DNA of 64,000 nucleotides, taken from NCBI GenBank assembly GCA_045113935.1, contig JBGUJM010000026.1:3771-67770 (forward strand), given 5' to 3'. The notes beneath the pieces were generated by a model that saw only the letters and a list, made by a program, of their open reading frames with translations, had not been told where the DNA came from and ran no database searches. Origin of the DNA: Anaerovoracaceae bacterium. Lineage in GTDB: Bacteria > Bacillota > Clostridia > Peptostreptococcales > Anaerovoracaceae. Shown here in pieces: positions 35,372-44,902 of the stretch; the stretch's first letter is position 1, and every line of letters starts with the position of its first letter. The position numbers and the translations under genes are program-made.

Positions 35372-36136
35372 ATGACATATTCAGCAAATATAATACTTCG
35401 AATCGTGATTGCCATAATGCTGGCCGTTTTCTTCGGGAACGGCAGTGTTGTGGCATTCAATCATATTCGGCCAAAATGGTTCGAGGACTATGACGAGAAT
35501 GATCCTGCCGCGAAGATAACCGGAACACCGAGACGCGTCCTCCCTCCTGATCTGGTAGCCGCTGATAACGAGGGAAGACAGCGGCTGCCGAGCACACCGT
35601 GGAAGTACGCTTTCACCGGGTATTTTGCCATCTGCGGTATATATCTGGCTGTGAGGGGCGGCGGTGCCGCATTTGAGATCGCTGTGCTCTGTGTGCTCTT
35701 TGTGGTGCTCGAGATGGCCGTTTCCGACCAGCTGTACAAAGTTGTTCCGGACCAGTTCAGTATCTGTCTGGCGGTAATGTCAGTCGCGTTCATCAACTAT
35801 CATGAGAACTGGTGGGAGCCGCTGGCAGGGGCAGGGCTCGGCCTTGCCATCTCACTTGCCATTCTGGGTCTGGGGTTGCTGCTGTTCAGGTCCGGTTCGA
35901 TCGGCGGCGCGGATATCAAATTCTTCACCTGCATGGGTTTTATAGCGGGCAGGCAGGGAATAGTGATAATATACATACTGACGACACTGCTGTTCGCGGC
36001 GCTGTCGGTATTCAGGATAGCAGCAAAGCGGGGAAGCATCAGGGACAGCAATCCGATGATGCCGGCTGCCTGCGCGGCAGTGACGGTGTACTTTCTGTTC
36101 CTGTGGAACATAGAGGATATACTGATTACGTTGTAA
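35372..36136 (+). CDS. A24-family prepilin peptidase-like membrane protein
   Basis: Polytopic membrane protein. The two Asp motifs are 'AVSDQLYKVVPD' and 'IGGADIKFFTCMGF' (GxGDxK-like). Confidence 0.6.
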   Translation: MTYSANIILRIVIAIMLAVFFGNGSVVAFNHIRPKWFEDYDENDPAAKITGTPRRVLPPDLVAADNEGRQRLPSTPWKYAFTGYFAICGIYLAVRGGGAAFEIAVLCVLFVVLEMAVSDQLYKVVPDQFSICLAVMSVAFINYHENWWEPLAGAGLGLAISLAILGLGLLLFRSGSIGGADIKFFTCMGFIAGRQGIVIIYILTTLLFAALSVFRIAAKRGSIRDSNPMMPAACAAVTVYFLFLWNIEDILITL

Positions 36137-36167
36137 TACCAGGCTATTGCATACCTTTGAGAGATAT

Positions 36168-36962
36168 ATGGGCAAAAATGTACTGATCAGAATTGAATAT
36201 GACGGCACGAATTTCTCCGGCTGGCAGATCCAGCCGCGTCAGAGAACTGTTCAGGGAGAGATAGAGCATGTCCTCAAATACATCGCGATGGAGGATGTGC
36301 ATATACACGGAACAAGCCGCACGGATGCAGGAGTACACGCTCTGGGACAGTGCGCCAGTTTTGAGTGGAACTCGAATATGCCTGTGGAGAAACTCCCTGA
36401 AGTCATGAACAGGAGATTCGGCGCGGGCGGCACGGGACGTTCGGGTGCTCCGGGCGATATACGTATTCTTTCGGCCCAGGTGATGGATGATGATTTTCAC
36501 GCAAGATATTCATGCAAGGGCAAGACGTACAGATACGTTATCGACAGGACCGGTGATATATTCAGACGGAATATGGCCTTCCAGTATCCCGAGGCAGACA
36601 GTCTTGATACAGAAGCGATGAGAGCTGCGGCATCTCACATCGTCGGAACACACGATTTCAAGTGTTTTGAGACGGCGGGAGGGACTCCGAGAGAGTCGAC
36701 AGTCAGAACTGTTTCGGCGCTTGAGATAACAGAGAATGAAGACAGCATCATGATCGAGATCACCGGAGACGGTTTTCTCTATAACATGGTGAGGATAATA
36801 GTCGGGACACTCGTGGAGGTCGGATCCGGACGGAAAACGGCTGACGAGCTGCCGGGCATAATAGAGAGCCGCAGCAGAGGCAAGGCGGGATTCACCGCGC
36901 CTCCGCAAGGGCTGTATCTGAAAGAGATATATTTTGACCGCCCCCTGACACAGAAGGAGTAG
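36168..36962 (+). CDS. truA: tRNA pseudouridine(38-40) synthase
   Basis: 'IRIEYDGTNFSGWQIQP', catalytic 'GTSRTDAGVHA' and 'GDGFLYNMVRIIVGTL'. An upstream TTG at 36147 is possible. Confidence 0.9.
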   Translation: MGKNVLIRIEYDGTNFSGWQIQPRQRTVQGEIEHVLKYIAMEDVHIHGTSRTDAGVHALGQCASFEWNSNMPVEKLPEVMNRRFGAGGTGRSGAPGDIRILSAQVMDDDFHARYSCKGKTYRYVIDRTGDIFRRNMAFQYPEADSLDTEAMRAAASHIVGTHDFKCFETAGGTPRESTVRTVSALEITENEDSIMIEITGDGFLYNMVRIIVGTLVEVGSGRKTADELPGIIESRSRGKAGFTAPPQGLYLKEIYFDRPLTQKE

Positions 36963-36966
36963 TGAA

Positions 36967-37740
36967 TTGTATAAAGTAAGGATCGACAAATTCGAAGGTC
37001 CGTTCGACCTCCTGGTGTATCTGCTTGAGAACGCCAGGATGGATATCTATGATATCCGGGTCTCCGAGATCACAGAACAGTATATAGATTATCTCAAAGA
37101 GATGGAGGAACTCAGCATTGAGGTGGATACCGAGTTTATTGTGCTCGCGGCTGTTCTCATCAGGCTCAAGTCACACATGCTCCTGCCGAGAGTTACAGAG
37201 AGCGGCGACATCCTGATAGAGGAGGATCCGAGAGAGGAACTCCGAGGCCGCCTGCTTGAGTATGTCCGTACCAAGAAAATCGCGGAGATGCTCGCCGAAC
37301 GCGAAGAGTATTTTCTGGCAGTTCATGAGAAACCCGCAGAGGACATGTCGGTGTATCTGGAAAATCCTGATGAAATACTGCAGGTGTCTGACGAGCAGAT
37401 GGTGAACGCGTTCATACTCTTCCTCACCCGCAAGAAAAAGGTCGAAGAAGTCTCCAGACGATACCAGCGGACAAGAGACCGCAGGGAGACAATAGAGGCC
37501 CGTATTGCTTTCATGACTGACCGGCTTGAACGGAAACTTAATGAAGGGAACGGCAAGGTGCTTTTCACTGAGCTGCTGCCGGAAAAACCTGACAGATTCG
37601 ATGTCACGCTGTCATTCATGTCTCTGCTGTCGATGATCAGGAGTCAGGGATATGACGCAGAGCAGAAAGAAAACTTCGGCGAGATAACCGTCAGAAGGAA
37701 AGAAAACGCTGTGACCGGAAAGGAGCAGATGGATGTATAG
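36967..37740 (+). CDS. scpA: Segregation and condensation protein A
   Basis: 'KFEGPFDLLVYLLENARMDIYDIRVSEITEQYIDYL' is the ScpA N-terminal signature. It has a TTG start and overlaps scpB. Confidence 0.85.
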   Translation: MYKVRIDKFEGPFDLLVYLLENARMDIYDIRVSEITEQYIDYLKEMEELSIEVDTEFIVLAAVLIRLKSHMLLPRVTESGDILIEEDPREELRGRLLEYVRTKKIAEMLAEREEYFLAVHEKPAEDMSVYLENPDEILQVSDEQMVNAFILFLTRKKKVEEVSRRYQRTRDRRETIEARIAFMTDRLERKLNEGNGKVLFTELLPEKPDRFDVTLSFMSLLSMIRSQGYDAEQKENFGEITVRRKENAVTGKEQMDV

Positions 37741-38323
37741 CAGAAAAACGATGAAATCAGCACTCGAGACGATGATGTTCATGTGGGGTGAGCCTCTGGA
37801 AGTCAGGGACGCAGCGGTGATACTTGAGGCAGACAAGGATATTGTACGTGAACTGTTTCTTGAACTCATGACTGAGTATGAGCAGGAGGGAAGAGGTATC
37901 AGGATCCGCGAGGCAGGCGATGCTTTCGGATTCGTCACGCATGCTGAGAACGATATATTTGTGAAGAAGCTCTGCACCCCTGTCAGGGTCAGGCGACTAT
38001 CACAGGCAGCTCTGGAAGTGCTTGCTATCATTGCTTACAGGCAGCCGGTCACCAGGTCTGAGATAGATTCGATCCGGGGGATCAAGAGCGAGCGGGTCAT
38101 AGACGGACTCATCGACAAAGGGCTGATAGAGGTCAGCGGCAGATCGGAAGGAGTCGGCAGACCGCTGATATATGTAACTACAAGAGAGTTTCTCAAGAAA
38201 TTCGGATTCGCTTCACTCAAAGATCTGCCGGAGGTACCGGAGTATGAAGAGCTGAGGCGGCAGCCGGAGGAAGAAGCAGGTTATGGTCAGATGATGATAG
38301 ATTTTGATGAGAGGGAAGTATGA
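37733..38323 (+). CDS. scpB: Segregation and condensation protein B
   Basis: 'ALETMMFMWGEPL', 'LSQAALEVLAIIAYRQPVTRSEIDSIRG' and 'GRPLIYVTTREFLKKFG'. Confidence 0.9.
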   Translation: MYSRKTMKSALETMMFMWGEPLEVRDAAVILEADKDIVRELFLELMTEYEQEGRGIRIREAGDAFGFVTHAENDIFVKKLCTPVRVRRLSQAALEVLAIIAYRQPVTRSEIDSIRGIKSERVIDGLIDKGLIEVSGRSEGVGRPLIYVTTREFLKKFGFASLKDLPEVPEYEELRRQPEEEAGYGQMMIDFDEREV

Positions 38324-39021
38324 GAATCAACCAGTATATAGCATCTGCGGGCATCACCAGCAGACGTAAAGCAGAAGAAATGATCGCTGAAGGCAGAGTC
38401 AGGGTAAACGGCGAAGTGCTGACAGGACAGGGCTATCATGTGCAGGACGGCGATATAGTGGAAGTGGACGGAGTCCGTATAGAACCGGAACAGAAGAAAG
38501 TATACTATCTGCTCAACAAACCGGCAGGGTATGTGACTTCAACAGCTGACAATGAGGGACGTCCGGTCGTAACAGATCTGGTACCGGACAGCGTCAGAGT
38601 GTTCCCGGTGGGCAGACTGGATCTTAATACTACGGGGCTGCTGATACTCACCAATGACGGTGAGCTGTCCAACAAGCTGATGCATCCGTCTCATGGATTC
38701 GACAAGAAGTACCTCGTCAGAGCTGCGGGAATAGTGACGATTGCCGAAGCCAGAAAGCTCGAAGAAGGTGTGGATATCGGAGGTTTTATCACATCACCGG
38801 CAGAAGTCAGTCTTATCAGACATGACCGCAATTCCACGATTGCGGAAATCATAATTCACGAAGGCAAAAACCGTCAGGTGCGTCGTATGTTCAAAGCTAT
38901 AGGTCATCCTGTTCTGGAACTGAACAGAACAGGTCTTGGCAATTTAAGCATTGGCAGACTTGCGCCGGGACAGTGCCGCAAACTGAGTCCTGCTGAAGTC
39001 GATTATCTGAAAAGGATATAG
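38320..39021 (+). CDS. rluB: RsuA/RluB-family pseudouridine synthase with an S4 domain
   Basis: S4 domain 'RINQYIASAGITSRRKAEEMIAEGRVRVNG', catalytic 'VGRLDLNTTGLLILTNDG' and 'GKNRQVRRMF'. Confidence 0.85.
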   Translation: MRINQYIASAGITSRRKAEEMIAEGRVRVNGEVLTGQGYHVQDGDIVEVDGVRIEPEQKKVYYLLNKPAGYVTSTADNEGRPVVTDLVPDSVRVFPVGRLDLNTTGLLILTNDGELSNKLMHPSHGFDKKYLVRAAGIVTIAEARKLEEGVDIGGFITSPAEVSLIRHDRNSTIAEIIIHEGKNRQVRRMFKAIGHPVLELNRTGLGNLSIGRLAPGQCRKLSPAEVDYLKRI

Positions 39022-39023
39022 GT

Positions 39024-40316
39024 ATGGGATTCAGCATTATAGAAGGCAGACTGTCAGACAGATATAATCATTTTGCCGAATATGACTTTGTATCCTGCCA
39101 GGCGACCGAAACGAGGCTGATGGGAGTTGTCGCTTTCAAGGTAACATGGCGGGGCAAAGACAAAAAAAGAGCGAGATATTATCAGGTGATACATCTGGAC
39201 TATTCCGAGTACGGTATAGACGAGTATCTTGAGTTTGACTGCATGCCCGGGACTGAGTCATACAGCCAGAACAAAGAAGATATGGATTACCGCTGGAAGC
39301 ATTTCACGGGAGTCATGGGCGGCAACGTGATCAGCATACCTCCGTCAGTTCTGCTGCGTCTGGTGGAAATGGCACTGCCTCTTGCGGGCAAGGACGTGGA
39401 CCGCGAATATGATGACAAGGATAATGAGAATTTCCGCGAGTACGCGGTCATGCGCCTGAACATGATGAAAGAGGCGCTGGCGGCAGAAGGTGTGACAGCG
39501 GATATGGTCAGTCCGGAGGACGCAATGCAGGCGGTATCTGAGAAAAGACTGGGTTCGTGTGCAGTCATCAACTATTTCATCATGAGGGTGGTAGACAGGG
39601 ACTTTGACGCAGCCTGTATGCTGACTTCCATTGCAAGAGAAGAAATTGAATCATGCGAACTGGCAGAGCCTGGTATACAGACACTGATCAGGAGTTCGAT
39701 CAAAAGGAGCAACAGCAGATCGGATTCGCCGGCAGACGGGATATCTCATCCGTACAGGGTGAAGATCACAACACTAGGACGAAAGGGATACTATCACTCT
39801 TCTTTCGTCATTTACCTTGATGACGATTACAGGTCCAGAGATGCTAAGGTCACTCAGCTGGAAATCGGATCAATGATGAAACTGTCAGATTACGAGTCAG
39901 CTATTCAGATAGCGCGGAGGGAATATCTGACTGTACTGCAGTGTCCTGATGAGATCCTTGATGGATTTGACGGCAGATATATTGCGCCGCTTGCTGAAGT
40001 AGACCCGTCAGTGGTGCCGAACGGCTGGCTGTATACCGTCTACAACAAAGACAATTCACATGTCAACAGGACAGAGTACCGGATAGGCGACGATGTATAC
40101 GGTTATGCTCTTCTGACCATAGGAGGAGAGCTGGTACTTATGAGTAATGAGCTGACGCGGATCAATATGCTCGACAAGTCAGCGATGATGTCTATGTATG
40201 CGCCGTATTTTACGCTCAAAGGCAGATATCTGATCGAGACGCCGGTGTTTCATACACTGTGCCAGGCGAGTGGGGCATACTTTTCAGATCTGATCGAACC
40301 GTCACCGGGAAACTGA
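39024..40316 (+). CDS. Hypothetical cytoplasmic protein (430 aa), last gene of the scpAB-rluB transcription unit
   Basis: Long ORF starting 3 nt after rluB, with normal codon and composition character. I recognise no motif. Confidence 0.6.
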   Translation: MGFSIIEGRLSDRYNHFAEYDFVSCQATETRLMGVVAFKVTWRGKDKKRARYYQVIHLDYSEYGIDEYLEFDCMPGTESYSQNKEDMDYRWKHFTGVMGGNVISIPPSVLLRLVEMALPLAGKDVDREYDDKDNENFREYAVMRLNMMKEALAAEGVTADMVSPEDAMQAVSEKRLGSCAVINYFIMRVVDRDFDAACMLTSIAREEIESCELAEPGIQTLIRSSIKRSNSRSDSPADGISHPYRVKITTLGRKGYYHSSFVIYLDDDYRSRDAKVTQLEIGSMMKLSDYESAIQIARREYLTVLQCPDEILDGFDGRYIAPLAEVDPSVVPNGWLYTVYNKDNSHVNRTEYRIGDDVYGYALLTIGGELVLMSNELTRINMLDKSAMMSMYAPYFTLKGRYLIETPVFHTLCQASGAYFSDLIEPSPGN

Positions 40317-40436
40317 TCGTTGAGCGTCTGGTAATTAAAAAAGAAACAATTTAAGTTTGGAGATCACGAGTTTGTTCTTTTTTTCAAAGGATTTTTTCAA
40401 CACGACTCAAAGTGCTCAAATTGCAACAATTCGGGG

Positions 40437-40568
40437 TTTTTCCACAAAGTTTTCAAAAATCGTATACATTTTTATCCACGTTGGTATGTGGATAACTTCA
40501 ACCTCTGAAACGTTGAAATTTCAACGCTGAACGAGCTTTTGGCAGGATGTCAACAGGATTTATCCACA
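40437..40568. promoter_or_regulatory. Cluster of four DnaA-box-like 9-mers
   Basis: TTTTCCACA lies at 40437-40445, TTATCCACG at 40472-40480, TGTGGATAA (TTATCCACA on the minus strand) at 40487-40495 and TTATCCACA at 40560-40568. A 20-nt near-palindrome, aacgttgaaatttcaacgct, lies at 40509-40528. Confidence 0.6.
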
Positions 40569-40655
40569 ATTTTTGAAACATGCGGAACGGCGATTTTGTT
40601 CGATTTTGTGAAACGTTCCCAAAACTCCGTGAAACATGCAGAAAGCAGGCATTTT

Positions 40656-41885
40656 ATGACTACAGAGAGAATTTACAGGACTGATCAGTATGAGACTGAA
40701 TGCAGGGCAATTGTCAGTGAAGTGCGGACAAAAGACGGCCGTGATATCATCGCGTGTGATACCTCGGTATTCTATCCGGAAGGCGGCGGCCAGCCCTCGG
40801 ACACAGGCACGGTCGCGCTGGGAGATAAGCTGTATGAAGTGATCTCAGCCCACGATGAGAGTCTTGAAGGCCCGGTATGGCATTACACTGACGCGCCCGA
40901 GGGGACTTTTGCCTCCGGAGATGAGGTCACCCTGACCATTGACTGGGACCTGAGGTTCCGCAATATGCAGAGGCATCTTGGTGAACACATGCTGAGCGGA
41001 ACGATGTACAGCCTGTTTGAGGGAACCAATAAAGGTTTCCATATGGGTGAGGACTATATCACTATAGATATTGACCTCGGCGGCAGGATGCTGACAGAGG
41101 AGGAGCTCGATCTTGCCGAGCTGACCGTCAATGAGGCGATCTGGTCGGATCTTCCGGTGACGGTAAAATGGTTCGGGGATTATGAGGCTTCACGGGTGAT
41201 GCCGGTACGCAAAGCAGTTCCGCATGACGGCAGAGTTTCTGTTGTGACTGTAGGTGATACGGAAGACCCGTACGACTGCATAGCGTGCTGCGGTACGCAT
41301 CCTTCTTCAAGCGGACAAGTCGGCCTTTTATCTATCTATAAATGTGAGCCGAACAAGGGTATGAACCGCGTCTATTTCGACTGCGGCAAAGCGGCACTTG
41401 ATCACCTCAGTGAGGAGTCAAAAATACTGGCCGAGATCGCCAGAAAGCATTCATGCAAAACCAGAGATCTTCTTCAGCGGCTTGACAAGGAAGCCGAGAA
41501 TAACAGAGAGATCAGAGGAAGACTCTCGGATCTGGCGTCTTACGCTGCAGACAGGGAGAAGGCTGCGATTCTTTCGGAAGTGGCTGCTTCCGGCTCTTCT
41601 GTATATACATATACTTCAGAACTGTTCAGTCCTGACGAGCTGCTCAAGCTGGGCTTCGCTGCAGCGGCGGAGGTTAAGGGCATGCTCTTTATAATGATGC
41701 AGCCGGCAACCGGTACATGCCTGCTGGTATCATCAGGAGAGGCAAAATGCGGGCGTCTGGTCAAGGAAAACGCGCCGGCTTACAACGGCAGAGGCGGAGG
41801 CAGAGATGACAACGCGCGGGCGATGTTCAGCGATGTCAATGACATGAAGGCCTTTGCCAGCGCACTGACAGAAATGGTACAATAA
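40656..41885 (+). CDS. alaX: Alanyl-tRNA editing protein, AlaX-L type
   Basis: 'FYPEGGGQPSDTG', Zn motifs 'HLGEHMLSG' (HxxxH) and 'CCGTH' (CxxxH), and a C-terminal DHHA1-like 'YNGRGGGRDDNA'. I placed the start at the ATG at 40656. The track's 40539 start has no support. Confidence 0.8.
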   Translation: MTTERIYRTDQYETECRAIVSEVRTKDGRDIIACDTSVFYPEGGGQPSDTGTVALGDKLYEVISAHDESLEGPVWHYTDAPEGTFASGDEVTLTIDWDLRFRNMQRHLGEHMLSGTMYSLFEGTNKGFHMGEDYITIDIDLGGRMLTEEELDLAELTVNEAIWSDLPVTVKWFGDYEASRVMPVRKAVPHDGRVSVVTVGDTEDPYDCIACCGTHPSSSGQVGLLSIYKCEPNKGMNRVYFDCGKAALDHLSEESKILAEIARKHSCKTRDLLQRLDKEAENNREIRGRLSDLASYAADREKAAILSEVAASGSSVYTYTSELFSPDELLKLGFAAAAEVKGMLFIMMQPATGTCLLVSSGEAKCGRLVKENAPAYNGRGGGRDDNARAMFSDVNDMKAFASALTEMVQ

Positions 41886-41927
41886 TACAGGAAAAAATGA
41901 AGACCGGGAGCATCTGGAGGTTGAGAG

Positions 41928-42590
41928 ATGGGAGACAGGACAGACAAGATCATCGTAACGATAGACAGAGAATTCGGAAGCGGCGGACATGAGGTCGGCA
42001 GGAGACTTGCAGACAGACTCGGTATCAAGCTGTACGATGAGGAACTTATCGCCAGGGCGGCAGCCAATACCGGCTATCATGAGGAATACATCAAGGAAAA
42101 CGACGAGAAGGCTCCTGACTATTCCGTATCAGCACTCTTTACAGGGGTCGACATGTTCCAGACTTCACCTTTCGCGCGCATTCAGGAAGAGGAGTTCAGG
42201 ATCATAAGAGAGATCGCCGCTGCGGAAAGCTGTGTCATCATAGGCCGTGCTGCCGACTATATCCTCAGCGCGGAGAGACATGTCAGTATTTTCATCTTTG
42301 CCCCTATCGAAGACAGGGTGAAGAGGAACCTCGCTGTCGCGGCCACAAGATTCCCTGACGAGAACCTCGATGAATACAGCATGGAGAAGAAGGTCAAACA
42401 GGTCGATAAGCAACGACGCAGGTATTACGAATTCTACACTGACAATAAATGGGGCGGACGGGATGTCTATGATCTGCTGATCAATACCAGCCGCGCAGGT
42501 GTCGAAGGAGCAGTAGATATCATCGAGGCATATATCAAAGGAGGTAAGGACAAAGATCTTCTGTCGGATATATCTGACTTGTCCGAATAA
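41928..42590 (+). CDS. Cytidylate kinase-like family protein (Cytidylate_kin2-type P-loop NTPase)
   Basis: 'IIVTIDREFGSGGHEVGRRLADRLGIKLYDEELI' and 'CVIIGRAADYIL' are typical of this family. The RBS is GGAGG. Confidence 0.7.
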   Translation: MGDRTDKIIVTIDREFGSGGHEVGRRLADRLGIKLYDEELIARAAANTGYHEEYIKENDEKAPDYSVSALFTGVDMFQTSPFARIQEEEFRIIREIAAAESCVIIGRAADYILSAERHVSIFIFAPIEDRVKRNLAVAATRFPDENLDEYSMEKKVKQVDKQRRRYYEFYTDNKWGGRDVYDLLINTSRAGVEGAVDIIEAYIKGGKDKDLLSDISDLSE

Positions 42591-42619
42591 TGCAGACAGA
42601 GAATAAATACTGTCCATGG

Positions 42620-42645
42620 GAGGCGGACACTCCGCCTCTTTTTTG
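42620..42645 (+). terminator. Rho-independent terminator
   Basis: gaggcgga-cac-tccgcctc is a perfect 8-bp stem, followed by tttttt. Confidence 0.85.
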
Positions 42646-42750
42646 TAAAAAAGAACCAAAAACCATTACAATATATTGGAATCTGTCCGTAGTTTGTGTA
42701 CAATTCGTGTATAGGTTTGTTTCGATATTTAACTAGTATGGAGGTTAAAA

Positions 42751-43929
42751 ATGAAGAAATTTCTGGCTCTGACACTCACACTGCTCATGGTGCTGACATT
42801 CTGTGTCGGATGCGGCGGCGGTGACTCCGGCTCCGGCGGAGATACTATCAAGATCGGAGTATTTGAGCCTGCTTCGGGAGACAACGGCCCGGGCGGCAAG
42901 CAGGAGACTCTCGGTATCCAGTATGCCAATGAGCAGCAGCCGACTGTTGAAATTGATGGCAAGGAGTACAAAGTGGAACTCGTTGTCGTAGACAATGAGT
43001 CCGACAACGCAAAGGCTGTTACAGCTGCTCAGAACCTCGTTTCCCAGAATGTATCTATCGTTCTCGGATCCTATGGTTCCGGCGTATCGATCGCTGCTGC
43101 CGATGTCTTCACTGACGCTGGCGTACCTGCAATCGGTGTGTCGTGCACTAACCCTCAGGTAACTGCTGACTGTGAAGAGTACTTCAGGATCTGCTTCCTG
43201 GATCCGTTCCAGGGCGCGGTGCTTGCACAGATCGCTTATGACAACGGTGCAAGAAAGGCTTACTGCCTCTCTAAGCTCGGCGATGACTATTCTGTAGGTC
43301 TTGTAAACTACTTCTCCGAGTCATTCAAGGGACTTGGCGGTGAAGTCGTTGAGGAGCAGTTCCCTGACAAGAACTCTGACTTCACTTCATATGTAGCAAA
43401 TGCCAAGAAGGCCGGCTGTGATGTATTCTTCAGCCCGACTTCGATCGAGGCAGCTGCACTGATCATCGACCAGGCTGAGGCTCAGTCACTCGGAATGCCT
43501 ATCCTCGCTGGAGATACATGGGATTCCAACGTGATCACAGGTGCCGCAAAGGGCAAAAATGTTGATGTTACATGCACTACATTCTACCCTGAAGGCAACA
43601 GCCCTGAATTCGACGAAGGTATCAAGGCATGGCTCGAGGAAAACGCTGAATATAAGACAAACAACGGCGGAAACACCGATATCGCTGCTGTAACAGCTCT
43701 CGGATATGATGCTTATCAGGTAGCGATCGAGGCAATCAAGAAAGCCGGATCCGCAGACCCTGCTGACATTCTTGCAGCTCTTCCGGACCTCGAAGTATCG
43801 GATGGTCTTGTATGCGGTGCTGTAAAGTTCAACGAGACAGGTGATGCAGATAAGACTGAAGTATTCGTAAAGAAGTGCAATACAGAAAGTGGTACCTGGG
43901 ATCTTGTGAAGGTACAGGTTGCCGAATAA
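42751..43929 (+). CDS. Branched-chain amino-acid ABC transporter substrate-binding lipoprotein (LivJ/K-like)
   Basis: Lipobox 'LTFCVGCGG' and type I PBP motifs 'IKIGVFEPASG' and 'VLGSYGSG'. It heads the liv-type operon. Confidence 0.85.
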   Translation: MKKFLALTLTLLMVLTFCVGCGGGDSGSGGDTIKIGVFEPASGDNGPGGKQETLGIQYANEQQPTVEIDGKEYKVELVVVDNESDNAKAVTAAQNLVSQNVSIVLGSYGSGVSIAAADVFTDAGVPAIGVSCTNPQVTADCEEYFRICFLDPFQGAVLAQIAYDNGARKAYCLSKLGDDYSVGLVNYFSESFKGLGGEVVEEQFPDKNSDFTSYVANAKKAGCDVFFSPTSIEAAALIIDQAEAQSLGMPILAGDTWDSNVITGAAKGKNVDVTCTTFYPEGNSPEFDEGIKAWLEENAEYKTNNGGNTDIAAVTALGYDAYQVAIEAIKKAGSADPADILAALPDLEVSDGLVCGAVKFNETGDADKTEVFVKKCNTESGTWDLVKVQVAE

Positions 43930-43961
43930 TACTGACTTGATATTGTAGGATCAGAATACGG

Positions 43962-43995
43962 CAGCGGGAAGCCGCGAGGCTTCTCGCTGCTTTTG
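43962..43995 (+). terminator. Intra-operon hairpin/attenuator between the binding-protein and permease genes
   Basis: cagcgggaagcc-gcga-ggcttctcgctg is a 12-bp stem with one G-U pair, followed by cttttg. Confidence 0.65.
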
Positions 43996-44014
43996 TAAAA
44001 AAGGATAAACTATT

Positions 44015-44893
44015 ATGTTTCAGACCTGGTTACCATACATACTCGCCGGCATAGCAGTCGGCGGACAATATGCGTTGATAGCCATAGGATACACGATGGT
44101 CTACGGTATTCTCAGGCTCATCAACTTCGCGCACGGCGACGTATTCATGTGGTCAGGACTTATCATGGTCTACCTCATAACCGTGCTCCCGCTGTGGCTA
44201 TCGGTTATTCTGGTAATAATCTTTGCGATAGTCCTTGGCACAAGCATAGAGAAAGTCGCATACAGGCCTCTTCGTTCTGCTCCCCGTATGTCGATCATGA
44301 TCTCAGCGATCGGCGTCTCCTATCTGCTGCAGAACTTCGCGCTATACATAACCGGAGGCCTCACAAAGACATATCCGGAGATCGGATTCCTTCAGAGGAC
44401 TGTAAACATTGGTACAGCATCCACCAAGATGGTCACGCTCATCACGCCGGTGCTCACCATAGTGCTTGTCTTTCTTTTGGTCATGCTCATTCAGCATACC
44501 AAGATAGGAATGGCGATGCGCGCTGTTTCACGTGACTTTGAGACGAGTTCTCTCATGGGTATTGACATCAACAGAGTCATAACAGTCACGTTCGTGATCG
44601 GCTGTGGACTTGCCGCGATAGGCTCGGTTCTCTACTTCTCGAACTATACGGGCATCAATCCGATGTCGGGAGCTATGCCGGGTCTCAAGGCATTTGTCGC
44701 TGCCGTATTCGGAGGCATTGGATCCGTTCCGGGCGCCGTTGTAGGTGCGTTCGTTATAGGCGTATGCGAGAACCTCATCAAGGGCGCCGGCTGGACTACA
44801 TTCTCGGATGCTTTTACTTTTGTGCTCCTCATCGTCATCCTGATGGTCAAACCTACGGGACTCTTCGGTGAGAAGAATATAGATAAGGTATAG
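44015..44893 (+). CDS. livH: Branched-chain amino-acid ABC transporter permease (LivH-like)
   Basis: 'GGQYALIAIGYTMVYGILRLINFAHGD' is the LivH signature. Confidence 0.85.
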   Translation: MFQTWLPYILAGIAVGGQYALIAIGYTMVYGILRLINFAHGDVFMWSGLIMVYLITVLPLWLSVILVIIFAIVLGTSIEKVAYRPLRSAPRMSIMISAIGVSYLLQNFALYITGGLTKTYPEIGFLQRTVNIGTASTKMVTLITPVLTIVLVFLLVMLIQHTKIGMAMRAVSRDFETSSLMGIDINRVITVTFVIGCGLAAIGSVLYFSNYTGINPMSGAMPGLKAFVAAVFGGIGSVPGAVVGAFVIGVCENLIKGAGWTTFSDAFTFVLLIVILMVKPTGLFGEKNIDKV

Positions 44894-44902
44894 GAGGGCG
44901 CC

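Noticed and set aside
40437-40568. Calling this region the chromosomal origin (oriC)
   Set aside because: There is no dnaA, dnaN, rpmH, gidA or parAB context in the window. I did not compute GC skew and could not define an AT-rich unwinding element or DnaA-trio. I report it only as a DnaA-box cluster.
40539-40655. Longer N-terminus for the AlaX-like gene (track start at 40539)
   Set aside because: It has a non-ATG start with no RBS, and the region is full of DnaA-box and repeat motifs. Homology-like sequence ('RIYRTDQYETE..') begins at the ATG at 40656.
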